Notes under the pieces: model-generated
Databases searched by the model: none
What the model was told of the DNA's origin: nothing
What the model saw: the letters and a program-made list of their open reading frames with translations, nothing else
Position numbers and translations under genes: made by a program
DNA from: a virus
Taxonomy: Duplodnaviria; Caudoviricetes
Virus record (IMG/VR): IMGVR_UViG_3300011890_000001
Coordinates: 1 to 64,000 of that record
Reading direction: 5' to 3' (one strand)
DNA: 64,000 nt
Part shown: positions 37,424-47,649 of the stretch, one piece after another
Layout: every line of letters starts with the position of its first letter
Position numbering within the stretch: position 1 is the first letter of the stretch

Positions 37424-37990
37424 ATGTCCAACAGTTCCCGTTCCTGGGGCGACAGCTTTGAACGTCGCCCCGCTCGCCATCGCGGCGGTCGTTTCCAATA
37501 CGACCATGACCGCGACACCGAAACCACCCTCAACCAATCCCAGAAACGCGCCGCTCGTGGCGCACGCAAGGCCGAACCGGCCGAGGACAACAACATGAAC
37601 AACAACGACAACCTGATCGACCGCGCAGCCGAAGCCGCACACAACGCCGCCGCCGAAGCTGCAGGCACCGCCGAAGAAATCCTGCAGGCCACCGGCCGCG
37701 TGGTCGACGACCTGGCAGAGCAGGCCGCCGAAGCGGCCCGCCAGGAAGAGGCGCGCGCTGAGCGCCTCCGCCAGGACAACGACCGCCTCGAAGAGGCGGA
37801 AGCTCGCGACAACGCAAGGACTGGCGGTTGGATGGGCGGTCTGAAGAAGGCAGCCGGTTACGGCGCTGTCATCGGCCTGGCCGGCCTGGCGGCTTACCAT
37901 GTGGTGAAGCTCGCTGCCCGAGCTACCGCCGGCGAAGCTGCTGCCGAAGCAGCCGGCGACGCAGTGCAAGCTGCGTTCATGGGTCGCTGA
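37424..37990 (+). CDS. Ala-rich coiled-coil protein with a C-terminal transmembrane helix (early)
   Basis: AAGGA RBS; AAGYGAVIGLAGLAAYHVV hydrophobic segment; terminator at about 37998-38023. Confidence 0.72.
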   Translation: MSNSSRSWGDSFERRPARHRGGRFQYDHDRDTETTLNQSQKRAARGARKAEPAEDNNMNNNDNLIDRAAEAAHNAAAEAAGTAEEILQATGRVVDDLAEQAAEAARQEEARAERLRQDNDRLEEAEARDNARTGGWMGGLKKAAGYGAVIGLAGLAAYHVVKLAARATAGEAAAEAAGDAVQAAFMGR

Positions 37991-38110
37991 CCTAAACGAG
38001 CGGGGGCCCGAAGGCCCCCGCTCTGGTCGGACGTTATTTTTTTTTTCCTTTGACCAAGTCCGATCTTATGACCTATTCACAATAACCCCTACGACACTGG
38101 GAGTTCTAAC

Positions 38111-39781
38111 ATGCCTCGTATTGTTTTGGAGGTACCTCAGACGTACGAGAATATCGTTCGTCCGGTGGCGCTGCAAGTGGGGCGAGATATCCAAAAGATC
38201 CTCAACCTGCCACATGACACGACCGTGCTTTTTCCCGGTCAAGCAGGCGTAGCCCTTACGGCAAACTCTGCAGTGGGTGAGAAAGACCACCAAGCTGTAG
38301 CTACGTTTGGTCACGGCGCACGTCTGCTGATGGAAGTCTCCGAGCGTCCAGTGGAAGACAGGATTCTTGCAACGGCTGTCCATCAGAAAGAGAACCTTCC
38401 TTTTTTCTTTGACAAGAAGTTGAAGGTTCGTATGTACCCGATCTACTCGGGTACGGAGCTGACATTCAATCTGACCTATCGCGCCCCTAACCGTACGTTG
38501 GCGCGACGCTTCTATGATGAAGTGTTGACCCGAACCGCTGCGGGTCGAGAAGGTATTCTCCATGAGCTGGACTATTGCTACTTGGTGCCCAAGCAGTTTA
38601 TCCAACTGATCGCTCACGTACACACCTTGCGTGAAAACGCGGATGTTGCACCGTACGGTCAAACGCTCGAAGAGTATGCGCGCGAACACTTTGATGCAAA
38701 GGTACGCGACGTAACGGATCTGATTGGCAATGTCTCGTCAGTAGCTATGGGTGAGTTCCAGTCTCAGTCCCAAGGCCACTTCCAGTTTGTTGGCGTGACC
38801 GAAGCAGAAGAGAAAGATAAGGAAAGCGGTACCTATAACGTCACCTTCAGCTATACCTTCACCTTTGACAAAGTGGTTGGTGCCGTAGCTGACTATCCGT
38901 TGCTGGTCCATCAGCAACTGATCGAAGACATTTGGTATAGCGAACCACACGCCAGCGGACAACTGACCGATCCGGCGCGTCGTCAGCGTGCTCCTAGCCA
39001 CTCTCGTTGGGTCTTTGATTATTTCGCCCGTGGGTTGTTTCCGAACCTGTGTCGGAAGCGTTGCATGGACGGTATCGTCATTCCTGAATTCGACGACTGG
39101 TCGGCGGGTGCGGTGATTGGCCCAACCTCTACCGTTTTTGTCGGTATGCTCGGATTGTCCAAGGACGACCCGCAAGCTCTATTGACACTGAGTGAGGATC
39201 TGGGCGGTTTTGAGATCGACGCTGACGTACTAGAGTTCATGCGTAAGGAAGCGCCGTACATGGCCATTGAAGGGCAGTCGGTGTTTAACCTGCGGCTGTA
39301 CGAAGGACCGGATCCCATGGATGACGGTTGTGTCGTTGTAGATCCCGATACCCTGAAGGTTCGTAGTGCGTTTGAGATCGACCTGCGAGAGATCTATCAC
39401 TTGCGGTTGTCGATCGTGCATGATCTGAAGTCCCTGACTCAAAGTGCCTGGGACCGTTTGCGTGGCGGTGGTGTGGCGGCAGTGAAAATTGTCAATGCTC
39501 TTCAGCGCAAGGTCACTAACCAGTACTTCTCACCTAAGCTGCTCAGTGGCTATCTCATCAGTAATGCCGATATGGAGTACATCGCTGAACGGGTGAATCG
39601 CGCCAAGGGTATCTACCACGGCGATCCTGAGTATGTGATGCTTACGGTCAACGAAGTACTAATCGAAGCAGGACGGAGTTCAGAAAATGAGTCTCATCAA
39701 AGCAACACCCAAGGCGCCTCCGGTGAAGGATCCGGTGAAGGTGCACATCCACTCACCCCTGCAGAAGACTGCGACTGTTGA
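38111..39781 (+). CDS. virion structural protein (phiKZ gp98-like)
   Basis: GGGAG RBS; TATG at 38066; IPEFDDW motif; synteny. Confidence 0.7.
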   Translation: MPRIVLEVPQTYENIVRPVALQVGRDIQKILNLPHDTTVLFPGQAGVALTANSAVGEKDHQAVATFGHGARLLMEVSERPVEDRILATAVHQKENLPFFFDKKLKVRMYPIYSGTELTFNLTYRAPNRTLARRFYDEVLTRTAAGREGILHELDYCYLVPKQFIQLIAHVHTLRENADVAPYGQTLEEYAREHFDAKVRDVTDLIGNVSSVAMGEFQSQSQGHFQFVGVTEAEEKDKESGTYNVTFSYTFTFDKVVGAVADYPLLVHQQLIEDIWYSEPHASGQLTDPARRQRAPSHSRWVFDYFARGLFPNLCRKRCMDGIVIPEFDDWSAGAVIGPTSTVFVGMLGLSKDDPQALLTLSEDLGGFEIDADVLEFMRKEAPYMAIEGQSVFNLRLYEGPDPMDDGCVVVDPDTLKVRSAFEIDLREIYHLRLSIVHDLKSLTQSAWDRLRGGGVAAVKIVNALQRKVTNQYFSPKLLSGYLISNADMEYIAERVNRAKGIYHGDPEYVMLTVNEVLIEAGRSSENESHQSNTQGASGEGSGEGAHPLTPAEDCDC

Positions 39782-41093
39782 TACGACCTACACGCCGCGC
39801 GCATCGCTGCTTCAGTATGTCGACGGTAGTCGCTGGGAAGTAACTTACTACTCGCAGGTACTGGGTGCAGATAGCGAACCGGGTCCTTGGCAGCTCAACC
39901 GCAGCCCCACTGATCAGCAGTATGCAAAGATCACCCAGTTCGAATTGCTGGTTACTTCACCGCTGAGTCAGCAGGAAGAAGAACCCGGTCGCAGCTTTAC
40001 GGTTACTGGTACGGCCACCATTGTTCCGACAATGAAGGTCAACGTCGGTGACATGTTTACAGCCGACGCCGGTGACGGTCGTGAGGCGCTGTTTGCCATC
40101 ACGCAGGCTGGCCGCAAGACCTACCTGAAGGACTCGGTATTTGAAGTCGAGTACCAACTTGTCGACTATATCGACAATCGTGCAGAAGTAAAGGCCGACC
40201 TGGATCGTAAGTCGATTCGTCGTCTGGTGTACATGAAGGAATTCCTCACCTGGGGTGAAAACCCCATGGTGTTGGAAGGCACTTATGAAGATCTGCTTGA
40301 TCTTCAGCGGATGGAAAAAGAAATCCTGAATTTCTACCTTCGTGACTTCTACTCGTTGCAGCATCGCACCTTGATTATTCCGGGACAGCAGCTTTCTGCC
40401 TACGATCCGTTCATCGTGCGTATGATCCTGGATATGGTTCCGGCTGAAGACCATCCGTTGATTCAGACCATCGCCAGTCCGGTTGTGAAGGCTAACCGCA
40501 ATAGCGGTAGCTACACGGTACTGGATGCCGTCTTGAACGGTAGTGCCAGTTACATGCAGATGGGCGTCCAGTTTATGCGCCTGATGTCTACGTCCTTCTT
40601 TAAGGGACGCCCCGATATCAGTAGCATTTACTACACCGGCATTAAGTTGGTGGCGTGTCCGCTGGATAACCGCACTGACGTGGACGTGGATTACGAAGGT
40701 TCCTTCAATCCGTGTTCTTGTTCGGCGCAGGAAAGTCTGGTGGGCGGTGTCACCTACGGTACCACTGGCACGCGCTGGAAAGACCTGAGTCGCTATATCC
40801 AGTCCACCAATCTCGACGGCTTCTTTATCCCGCCTACTGACGCACAGATGCCCAGCATCGTCCCCGTCACGGTAGACGAGTACTACATCTTCAGTGAGCC
40901 CTTCTATACCCGTCGTGGAGCTTTTAACTCCAAGCTGGAAGTATTGGCGAAGCAACTGATCGACGAAGAAGCCATCGACACTGTCACGCTTGTTCAGCTG
41001 GCCAAGGAATGCCACCGTTGGCCGAACCTGGAGCGCTTCTATTACGTACCCATCTTGCTGGCATTGATCAAGGTGGCCCTGAGGACCAACTAA
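39687..41093 (+). CDS. virion structural protein (phiKZ gp99-like)
   Basis: LLQYVDGSRW.VTYYSQ, NVGDMF.AD.GDG, LERFYYVP; GGAG RBS inside the upstream gene. Confidence 0.72.
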   Translation: MSLIKATPKAPPVKDPVKVHIHSPLQKTATVDTTYTPRASLLQYVDGSRWEVTYYSQVLGADSEPGPWQLNRSPTDQQYAKITQFELLVTSPLSQQEEEPGRSFTVTGTATIVPTMKVNVGDMFTADAGDGREALFAITQAGRKTYLKDSVFEVEYQLVDYIDNRAEVKADLDRKSIRRLVYMKEFLTWGENPMVLEGTYEDLLDLQRMEKEILNFYLRDFYSLQHRTLIIPGQQLSAYDPFIVRMILDMVPAEDHPLIQTIASPVVKANRNSGSYTVLDAVLNGSASYMQMGVQFMRLMSTSFFKGRPDISSIYYTGIKLVACPLDNRTDVDVDYEGSFNPCSCSAQESLVGGVTYGTTGTRWKDLSRYIQSTNLDGFFIPPTDAQMPSIVPVTVDEYYIFSEPFYTRRGAFNSKLEVLAKQLIDEEAIDTVTLVQLAKECHRWPNLERFYYVPILLALIKVALRTN

Positions 41094-41764
41094 TGAGTTC
41101 GGATGTCATCACAACGTTTATTCCGAAACGACCACCCAAGAGCGAACACAGCGCAGCTTACAAATGCTTCCATTATCGTTGGGAGGCAGCGGTACCGCAC
41201 TCCTTTACCTACAGCGATAACTACATTCGCTTGGTCGGTGTGGTGGCCACCGAAGACGCAGAGTACGATAAGAACCTGCCGAACACCATGATTGGCGGTC
41301 GCTACACGATCGCCGAACTAGCGGCGTTTCTGGACGAAGGTGCCCCTATCCGTATTGAGAACCCGCAGGACGCTAAGGAGATCTACGAGATCATTGAGCG
41401 TTTGTTGGAGGACTGGAGCATCTACGTGAGCCGCGGCAGTAGCTTTGCTGAGATCGAAGCCCCGATTGATGGTCTGATGCGTTTTACTCGCCTGGCCGAT
41501 GAAGTCAAGGTGCATGCGTCGCGCTTCATCAAGCGCCCCCAGGGCGATGGCTTCCTGCAGCGTCGCTTGCGTGGTCTGTTGGCGAACGGCGAAGTCGGTT
41601 TGCTGCAAAGTCGCCGTGCGTTCCGTCACTTTAAGCCGACGGAGGACGACAAGCAGAAGCAGCTGGAGAAGGATCGGGAGTCAGTACGTGCAGCCACCAA
41701 CCGCCACACCAAACATGTGGACGTGCTGCTACGTGGTCGCGGAGGGGATAGCGAATGGAGCTGA
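41093..41764 (+). CDS. conserved hypothetical protein (phiKZ gp100 position)
   Basis: TAATG coupling and GAGGA RBS. Confidence 0.72.
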   Translation: MSSDVITTFIPKRPPKSEHSAAYKCFHYRWEAAVPHSFTYSDNYIRLVGVVATEDAEYDKNLPNTMIGGRYTIAELAAFLDEGAPIRIENPQDAKEIYEIIERLLEDWSIYVSRGSSFAEIEAPIDGLMRFTRLADEVKVHASRFIKRPQGDGFLQRRLRGLLANGEVGLLQSRRAFRHFKPTEDDKQKQLEKDRESVRAATNRHTKHVDVLLRGRGGDSEWS

Positions 41765-43113
41765 GAGAATCACCACTCTGGAATGAAGTGGAAGCCATTG
41801 CGATCAGTAATCAAAAGATCGTACCAACGCGTTCCTTCCGAGCCCACTTTAAGGTAGGTGACGATCGAACGATCACCGCGACTAAAGTGATCTCCTGTGA
41901 GTTCTTCCGTGACTTTAAGGGCGCCTACGCTGATGAGGTGTTGTTGGAAGTGGCGTTCCCTATGGGTACGTTCCATTACGACATTTTCCCAAAGTGCAGG
42001 GACATTGAAATCACGCTGGAGTACCAAACCGTTCTTCCCAACGCTACTGATGACCTTGCTGCGTTGGAGATTCGCAGTCAGAAGTTTGTGGGTACGCTGC
42101 TGGATAAGTCCTCCAGCAGTGTAGTCGGTGCCAATATCTCGGCGGCCTCGCGTCGAGCGCTCGACATGCAAGGTCCGGTGACGGTAACCTTCCAGCTGTT
42201 GCATCCTGCACTGCGCGATATCCGCCTGCGTTCGGTGGGTGGCATTATCCGCAATACAACGCCTGCTGAGATCCTGAGGTACATCCTAACGACCGTCAGT
42301 AACGGACAGCAGTTGTCCGAAGACACGAAGGTCTTAGGTGTGGAAATGGTGGAGCCCAACAACACGGACGAATACTCCAACGTTGTTATTCCGCACGGAA
42401 CCAGGATCCAAGATATCCCTCCGTTCATCCAGAAAAAGGTCGGTGGCATTTATTCCACTGGCTTGGGGACTTATCTATATGGACAACACTGGCACGTTTA
42501 TCCTCTGTTTGACCTAACGCGCTTTGATAAAGCACGGCGAACTCTGACGATTATCAACATCCCAGAGAACGCAATGCCTGGTATAGAACATACCTACCGA
42601 ACGACTGCTAACCAAGTCATTATCCTGTTGACCGGTGCTGTGAAGCATTTTGATCTGACGGAGAATGCGCAGCTCAATCTCGGTAACGGTGTTCGATTCC
42701 TCGATGCGCGTCGCGTCGTTGACGGGTTCGTTGACGCCGCAGAAGGTGACAACAAAGCGGTGGCTAGTCGCGCAGAAAACAATCAGGAGTTCCTGGTTGA
42801 GTCGCGAGACGATAACGTCAATGCGGTGGTTACATCGCAAGCGCGTATCACAGCCAACACCTTCGAAGAACACTCGAAGTTGTCAAAACGCCTCGGTGCA
42901 GAAATTCAAGCGCTCTGGGAGAACTCAGACATCGATCTGATTGAACCCGGGATGCCCTTGAAGTTTTTGTATCTGAAGGACGACCGAGTCGCTGAACTGA
43001 AGGGCGTGGTGCTGGGAGCCCAGACCTACGTTCAGACGTCCAGCGTCGGCGTTACTGATCAGAGATATCGTGTTGATACCGCGCTCCACCTTTTTGTGGA
43101 ACGTGAAAGCTGA
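41755..43113 (+). CDS. baseplate hub protein (T4 gp27-like, phiKZ gp101-like)
   Basis: IPHG, GGIYSTGLG.Y, WENSD.DLI.PGMP; synteny. Confidence 0.7.
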   Translation: MELRESPLWNEVEAIAISNQKIVPTRSFRAHFKVGDDRTITATKVISCEFFRDFKGAYADEVLLEVAFPMGTFHYDIFPKCRDIEITLEYQTVLPNATDDLAALEIRSQKFVGTLLDKSSSSVVGANISAASRRALDMQGPVTVTFQLLHPALRDIRLRSVGGIIRNTTPAEILRYILTTVSNGQQLSEDTKVLGVEMVEPNNTDEYSNVVIPHGTRIQDIPPFIQKKVGGIYSTGLGTYLYGQHWHVYPLFDLTRFDKARRTLTIINIPENAMPGIEHTYRTTANQVIILLTGAVKHFDLTENAQLNLGNGVRFLDARRVVDGFVDAAEGDNKAVASRAENNQEFLVESRDDNVNAVVTSQARITANTFEEHSKLSKRLGAEIQALWENSDIDLIEPGMPLKFLYLKDDRVAELKGVVLGAQTYVQTSSVGVTDQRYRVDTALHLFVERES

Positions 43114-43137
43114 CTTCCAATAAGGAGAAATACAAAG

Positions 43138-43665
43138 ATGTCGACCGCTGCCAATGTGAAGGCTCTGCTGCTGCAGGGCATCAATGAACGCAACGTCCAC
43201 CAGTGGGCTGAAGGTGAACTGGATTTCGCTGCCCCGCAGGTGAGTGCTGTAGAGGGGTCCAATACCTCGGTCGAAGTTTCGGCCGTCGGTAACCCGCAGA
43301 TCGTGGGCGTGCAGGCAATCCTGTACAACCGCGTTGACCTGGCCTCCGCTGTGGATCCGATCGCTGGCGAAACCGGCACCGTGATCTCCATCGGCATGGA
43401 AACCACCATTCACGAGATCGTGCCGCAGGTTGCTGCTGCTTTCGGTCTGGTGCTTGCTGTGGAAGACATCGTTGACGGTCCGATTCCGGCCGCTGACGAA
43501 GTCACCGAAGTCATCACCGCTTCGCTGGTTGCCGAAGCTGGTTCGTATGCATGGATCGGTTCGCGTGAATTCAAGTTCACCCGCTCCGACATCCAGATCG
43601 AGTCCCTGATCCCGAACAACGTGGACAGTGGCCTGGACCTGGCTGACCTGCAGCCGGCTGGCTAA
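43138..43665 (+). CDS. acidic virion/tail-associated protein (YNR-motif family)
   Basis: GINE.N, NT.V.V, LYNRVDL, SYAWIG; paralogous to 60164-60682; AGGAG RBS. Confidence 0.7.
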   Translation: MSTAANVKALLLQGINERNVHQWAEGELDFAAPQVSAVEGSNTSVEVSAVGNPQIVGVQAILYNRVDLASAVDPIAGETGTVISIGMETTIHEIVPQVAAAFGLVLAVEDIVDGPIPAADEVTEVITASLVAEAGSYAWIGSREFKFTRSDIQIESLIPNNVDSGLDLADLQPAG

Positions 43666-43686
43666 TACCGCCTCCGTAAGGAATAG

Positions 43687-43725
43687 CGGCATAAAGCCCC
43701 CTCCCTTCGGGGAGGGGGTCTTATG
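43687..43725. terminator. bidirectional terminator
   Basis: GGCATAAAGCCCCCTCCC-TTCG-GGGAGGGGGTCTTATG-type hairpin between convergent genes. Confidence 0.85.
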
Positions 43726-43737
43726 ATGCCAAATTTT

Positions 43738-44172
43738 TTATTTGACGTTCAGCCACGGCCGCTTATCGGCCGGTACTGGATTCCACGGACTGGTGGAAAT
43801 GAATCGGTACTTGCTCAGGTCTCGACGAACGCAAGGCCGTCCCATCCGATTGTCCAGATAGAAGGCTTCGGTGTAGTCCGACGATACCACCTCACAAATA
43901 GCATGACCTTCGCCAGTCTCAACGTAGCAGACAACCAGGCGTGCATTGAAGCCGTGCTGCATCGCCTGATCCAAACAGACCAGAGCGAACTCCTCGCAGT
44001 CCCCAGTGAAACGAGTCACGCCAGTGCGGCCGATGTTCTTCAGAGTGGAAGAGTCTTCCCACTTCTCAACGAGACCATGCTTGTCTTTATCAGAGACGTA
44101 CGCGAACCGCTCCAGAATGCGCTGGTGGATGTCGCCGAGCGTGACGTAATCAGAACGAGTGAACCCAGCCAT
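43738..44172 (-). CDS. transglutaminase-like cysteine peptidase (BTLCP/LapG, Peptidase C93-like) catalytic domain
   Basis: Cys-His-Asp triad motifs GDCEEFAL, GHAIC, LDNR; Y.SD...G..E.W. Confidence 0.82.
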   Translation of the reverse strand: MAGFTRSDYVTLGDIHQRILERFAYVSDKDKHGLVEKWEDSSTLKNIGRTGVTRFTGDCEEFALVCLDQAMQHGFNARLVVCYVETGEGHAICEVVSSDYTEAFYLDNRMGRPCVRRDLSKYRFISTSPWNPVPADKRPWLNVK

Positions 44173-44333
44173 TAGCATGCACCTCCACGTGCGCGAAGAT
44201 CGACGCAGCCCGGAGGCGGCGCAGTTTCAGTAGTGGTGGTCAGTGGCGCATCGCCCTTTATCTGCTCGGACGCACATCCCGTCAGACCACCCACGATCAG
44301 GGTAAAAACAAACGCGGCTATAAACGCTTTCAC
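44172..44333 (-). CDS. 53-aa lipoprotein (not in the ORF track)
   Basis: GTG start with GGAG RBS; MKAFIAAFVFTLIVGGLTGC lipobox, then ...TAPPPGCVDLRARGGAC*; TAATG overlap with the peptidase gene. Confidence 0.75.
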   Translation of the reverse strand: MKAFIAAFVFTLIVGGLTGCASEQIKGDAPLTTTTETAPPPGCVDLRARGGAC

Positions 44334-44455
44334 GACCAAACTCCAATGCAGGGGTAGAAATCTATAAGATGACGTATTCTTATACGGCGAAGTTTCTTGC
44401 TATGTATTGCGTCTAGGCTTGCCTGCCGCTCAAACTGAACAAGGAACACGATCCA

Positions 44456-45157
44456 ATGACGTACGCTGAACAATTGAAATACATGAAGGGTTTCTTCTTT
44501 GCCATCGAAGGACCGGACTATAGCGGTAAGAGTACGCAGATCAAAAAGCTGATCAACTCAATCGAAGCCAAGGGCGCGCCTTACGTACTGGTGCGTGAGC
44601 CCGGCGGTACTGAGTTTGGCGAAGCCATGCGTAACAACATCTTCAAGTACTTCGGCAAGGTCAGCCCGGTATCCGAAGCACTGTGTCTGTTGGCCGCAAA
44701 AGCCGAACTGATTCAGAAGGTCATTCGCCCGGCCATGGCGGAAGGTAAGATCGTCATTGCCGATCGCTACACGCCGTCTCTGTATGCCTACCAGGGCGGT
44801 GGTCATTGTCTAGGTAAGACGTATATCGACGGACTGGTCAACGCACTGGGTAATGTACATCTCTACCCGGACGTCACTGCTCTGTTGCAGATCTCCGTCG
44901 CCGACGCTGAGAAGCGCCGTGCTGAGCGCGGTATCGAGAACAGCATCGACGCTGCCTCTGCTTCGTTCCGCCAGAACGTCATCATCGCGTACAACCAACT
45001 GCCGACCTATTTCCCGAACTGCGTAAAGGTTCGCTCGGGTTTGTCGGAAAAAGACACGCACAGTGAAGTGGTGAAGATCTTCAATCACGCCTTCGGTGCA
45101 AAACTTGCACGTGCCGCCGAGAACGATCCCAAGACTACCGTTGTCGTTTCTGAATAA
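44456..45157 (+). CDS. tmk: thymidylate kinase
   Basis: IEGPDYSGKSTQ, REPGGT, ADRY..S..AYQG, PD. Confidence 0.93.
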   Translation: MTYAEQLKYMKGFFFAIEGPDYSGKSTQIKKLINSIEAKGAPYVLVREPGGTEFGEAMRNNIFKYFGKVSPVSEALCLLAAKAELIQKVIRPAMAEGKIVIADRYTPSLYAYQGGGHCLGKTYIDGLVNALGNVHLYPDVTALLQISVADAEKRRAERGIENSIDAASASFRQNVIIAYNQLPTYFPNCVKVRSGLSEKDTHSEVVKIFNHAFGAKLARAAENDPKTTVVVSE

Positions 45158-45169
45158 CAAGGACTACCG

Positions 45170-45712
45170 ATGTATACCCCGCCACTCACGGGAGTTCAGC
45201 GCTGCCAGTTTCTGGAAACGCAGAACCGCAGTCAGAAATCCATCGTCCTGAACGCCGTTGACGAAATCGTCATGGCTGCTGCGTGCCTATATGCCATCGT
45301 TGAGGACGCCAACGATCGAGATGAACTACCGACGGACATTGGCACACTGTCAGTGATGCTGGGTGCGCTTACCACAAATGCTGCGCGCATTAACGCAGTC
45401 GCCCTACCCAAGGGTAGCGTTAACCCCGAAGAAGTCTACGCAGATAGCCAACTGCAGTCGTGGTACCCAACCATGCGTGAGGCGATGCAACAGAAAGAGA
45501 AATACCGAGAACTCGGTCTTCTTTCCGGCATAGGGTCGGCCACGGTGGGCACTTCGCCAATGTACCATCTCTTCAGTCCCACTCCTCAGACGAGCCTGGA
45601 CATGAAGTTGAAGTTCAAAGCCAACGAGTTCATGCCGGTGTTGGACGCAGCATTCCCCACCATCCGCAGTTACTTCGAAACCATTCCCAACAGTTTGAGG
45701 ATCCTCAGATGA
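45170..45712 (+). CDS. hypothetical protein
   Basis: AAGGA RBS; ATGA overlap with the next gene. Confidence 0.72.
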   Translation: MYTPPLTGVQRCQFLETQNRSQKSIVLNAVDEIVMAAACLYAIVEDANDRDELPTDIGTLSVMLGALTTNAARINAVALPKGSVNPEEVYADSQLQSWYPTMREAMQQKEKYRELGLLSGIGSATVGTSPMYHLFSPTPQTSLDMKLKFKANEFMPVLDAAFPTIRSYFETIPNSLRILR

Positions 45713-46668
45713 GTCAGCGTCACGTCTGTTATTACCACGACGATTGTTTTGACGGTACAGCAGCAGCCCTGGTGGCCAAGCTTGCAGTGCCGGATGTGGT
45801 TCTGATTCCAGCCAACTATGGCGACGTTCCGACGGTGGCAGACGTGTCCGGTGCTGTGGTTTACGTAGTGGACTTTAGTTTCAGTGACGAAGCATTCGAA
45901 CTGCTTCTGACCCACGCTGAACGTATCGTCGTATTGGATCACCACCCCACCGCACTTCCTCTTATTCGGCGCGCTGCTGAACTGGCGAAGGTACTCTCAC
46001 CGGAGAGCATTTTCAAGTACAGTGAGGAAAACAGCGGTGCCCACATTGCGTGGTCGCATTTCTTCCCAGAGCGCTTCGTCCCTCCTTTCATCAACCACGT
46101 TTCCGACCGAGACACCTGGAGCTTCACCCGCGACGGCACGCGCGACGTCATGGCAGGCGTCTCCGTGTTGAAGAACTGTCCTGAAGCCTGGTACCGGGAA
46201 ATGGGCTTTGATGCGACCATGGATATTGGTGAAATCGAAAAAGTCATTCATCTGCACTGTACTCGGTTTCTGAAGGACGGTCCGATCATCCGGGCTAAGG
46301 AATCTACCATCATCGATGCGTTGCTGAAAAATAACATTCGGCACCGAAGCTCCGGTTATCGCTGTAAAGAAGATTCCGCCACTTACGAACGACGACTGTC
46401 TTACGCCTTGGTCAATATCCCGAGGCAATTTACCTCGGATGGACTGGCATATATCCTGAGAACGGACCCGACTGTCGACTTTGCCGTGGGGTACTATATC
46501 GACGGTAAGGGCGTTTATCGCTACTCACTGCGTTCGAGGAAAACGGGCGATGTAGACGTCTCCCTGATCTGTGCGCGCTACGGCGGTGGCGGGCACTTCA
46601 GTGCGGCTGGATGTTCCTATGATCCGACTAAGGATCCGTACGGAGACGCAGGCCACCCCTTCATCTGA
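45709..46668 (+). CDS. DHH/DHHA1 family phosphoesterase
   Basis: YHDDCFDG, VDFS, LDHH, SGA, DRDTW, SLRS, GGGGH..AAG. Confidence 0.9.
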   Translation: MSQRHVCYYHDDCFDGTAAALVAKLAVPDVVLIPANYGDVPTVADVSGAVVYVVDFSFSDEAFELLLTHAERIVVLDHHPTALPLIRRAAELAKVLSPESIFKYSEENSGAHIAWSHFFPERFVPPFINHVSDRDTWSFTRDGTRDVMAGVSVLKNCPEAWYREMGFDATMDIGEIEKVIHLHCTRFLKDGPIIRAKESTIIDALLKNNIRHRSSGYRCKEDSATYERRLSYALVNIPRQFTSDGLAYILRTDPTVDFAVGYYIDGKGVYRYSLRSRKTGDVDVSLICARYGGGGHFSAAGCSYDPTKDPYGDAGHPFI

Positions 46669-46736
46669 CGGCGCGGTTAGACCAATCATATGTCGCCTCT
46701 CTAAAGAGGCGCCATTGGTCGCCCCAAGGAAGTTCG

Positions 46737-47402
46737 ATGAGTGAAGCAGAGAGCAAGAATCTTAGTGCGGGAGATTGGTCGTTCGTAACCGGCTATGCCT
46801 ATTACAACGCCGCAATCATTGTTATAGCTCTTGTGGCACTTACACTAACTCAGCCGTCCGAGCTTTACTTCGTATTGACGTTTTTGTTTCTACTCGCCGT
46901 CTATGGCGGGGTCTGCTATGGTGCTACTCGCTTTTACGATAACCACGCCAGGCTTGAGAAACTAAAGGCCTACGGGGAAAGTCGGAATAGGCTACTGGTT
47001 CTTGAGACGGCGCGGCTGGAAAGTGAGATAATCAACCTGAAAGCCAACGCAGAAGAAGCGAGTCAGAAAATCTACCTGGCCGAAGAAGCCACCCGCATAC
47101 AGGCGGGTAGAGTCCTAGTCTCCAGAGCGGCGATCCTTCGCCTACTCACCCGTACCGACACCTATGTCGTCCTGGCGGAGAAAGGCACTGATAGGTTTCA
47201 GCTCACCGTAAGACATGGCGTCGTTATTCATCAGACTGACGTTGAGCGCAACGTTGTTGCGCTGGCCAGTATGATTGAGTATCGCCACCCCAACTCGGCA
47301 CCACAAGATCCCATCCACCCTATCGTTAAGCGACACAAGAATCTGGAGCAACTTTGCGACGCGGTTTTTGACGTGACGACTGAAACGAAGTCCACTTGGT
47401 AA
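46737..47402 (+). CDS. membrane protein, two N-terminal TM helices plus coiled coil
   Basis: Two hydrophobic segments; AAGGA RBS. Confidence 0.68.
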   Translation: MSEAESKNLSAGDWSFVTGYAYYNAAIIVIALVALTLTQPSELYFVLTFLFLLAVYGGVCYGATRFYDNHARLEKLKAYGESRNRLLVLETARLESEIINLKANAEEASQKIYLAEEATRIQAGRVLVSRAAILRLLTRTDTYVVLAEKGTDRFQLTVRHGVVIHQTDVERNVVALASMIEYRHPNSAPQDPIHPIVKRHKNLEQLCDAVFDVTTETKSTW

Positions 47403-47409
47403 TCAGGCC

Positions 47410-47634
47410 ATGAAAGCCTTTTTTGTAAACCGAATGAAGAGCGGTAGCTTGTCAATTGATCTTGCCGTCCTCTCTTCGTTGGCGTACATGTTAGCCGTTT
47501 CACTAATCTTGCAGATGCATCGCGGCGATTTCAAGATGGTGTTGATCGGCTATAGTGCCGTTACGATACCGTATGTCTTTGGTCTGTTCGCCTTTCTCTG
47601 CGCCCGGCTTGAGCGTCACGCTCATCATCAGTAA
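47410..47634 (+). CDS. small two-TM membrane protein (holin candidate)
   Basis: 74 aa, two hydrophobic helices, basic C-terminus, immediately upstream of the endolysin. Confidence 0.55.
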   Translation: MKAFFVNRMKSGSLSIDLAVLSSLAYMLAVSLILQMHRGDFKMVLIGYSAVTIPYVFGLFAFLCARLERHAHHQ

Positions 47635-47649
47635 CGGCTATGCCACGGT

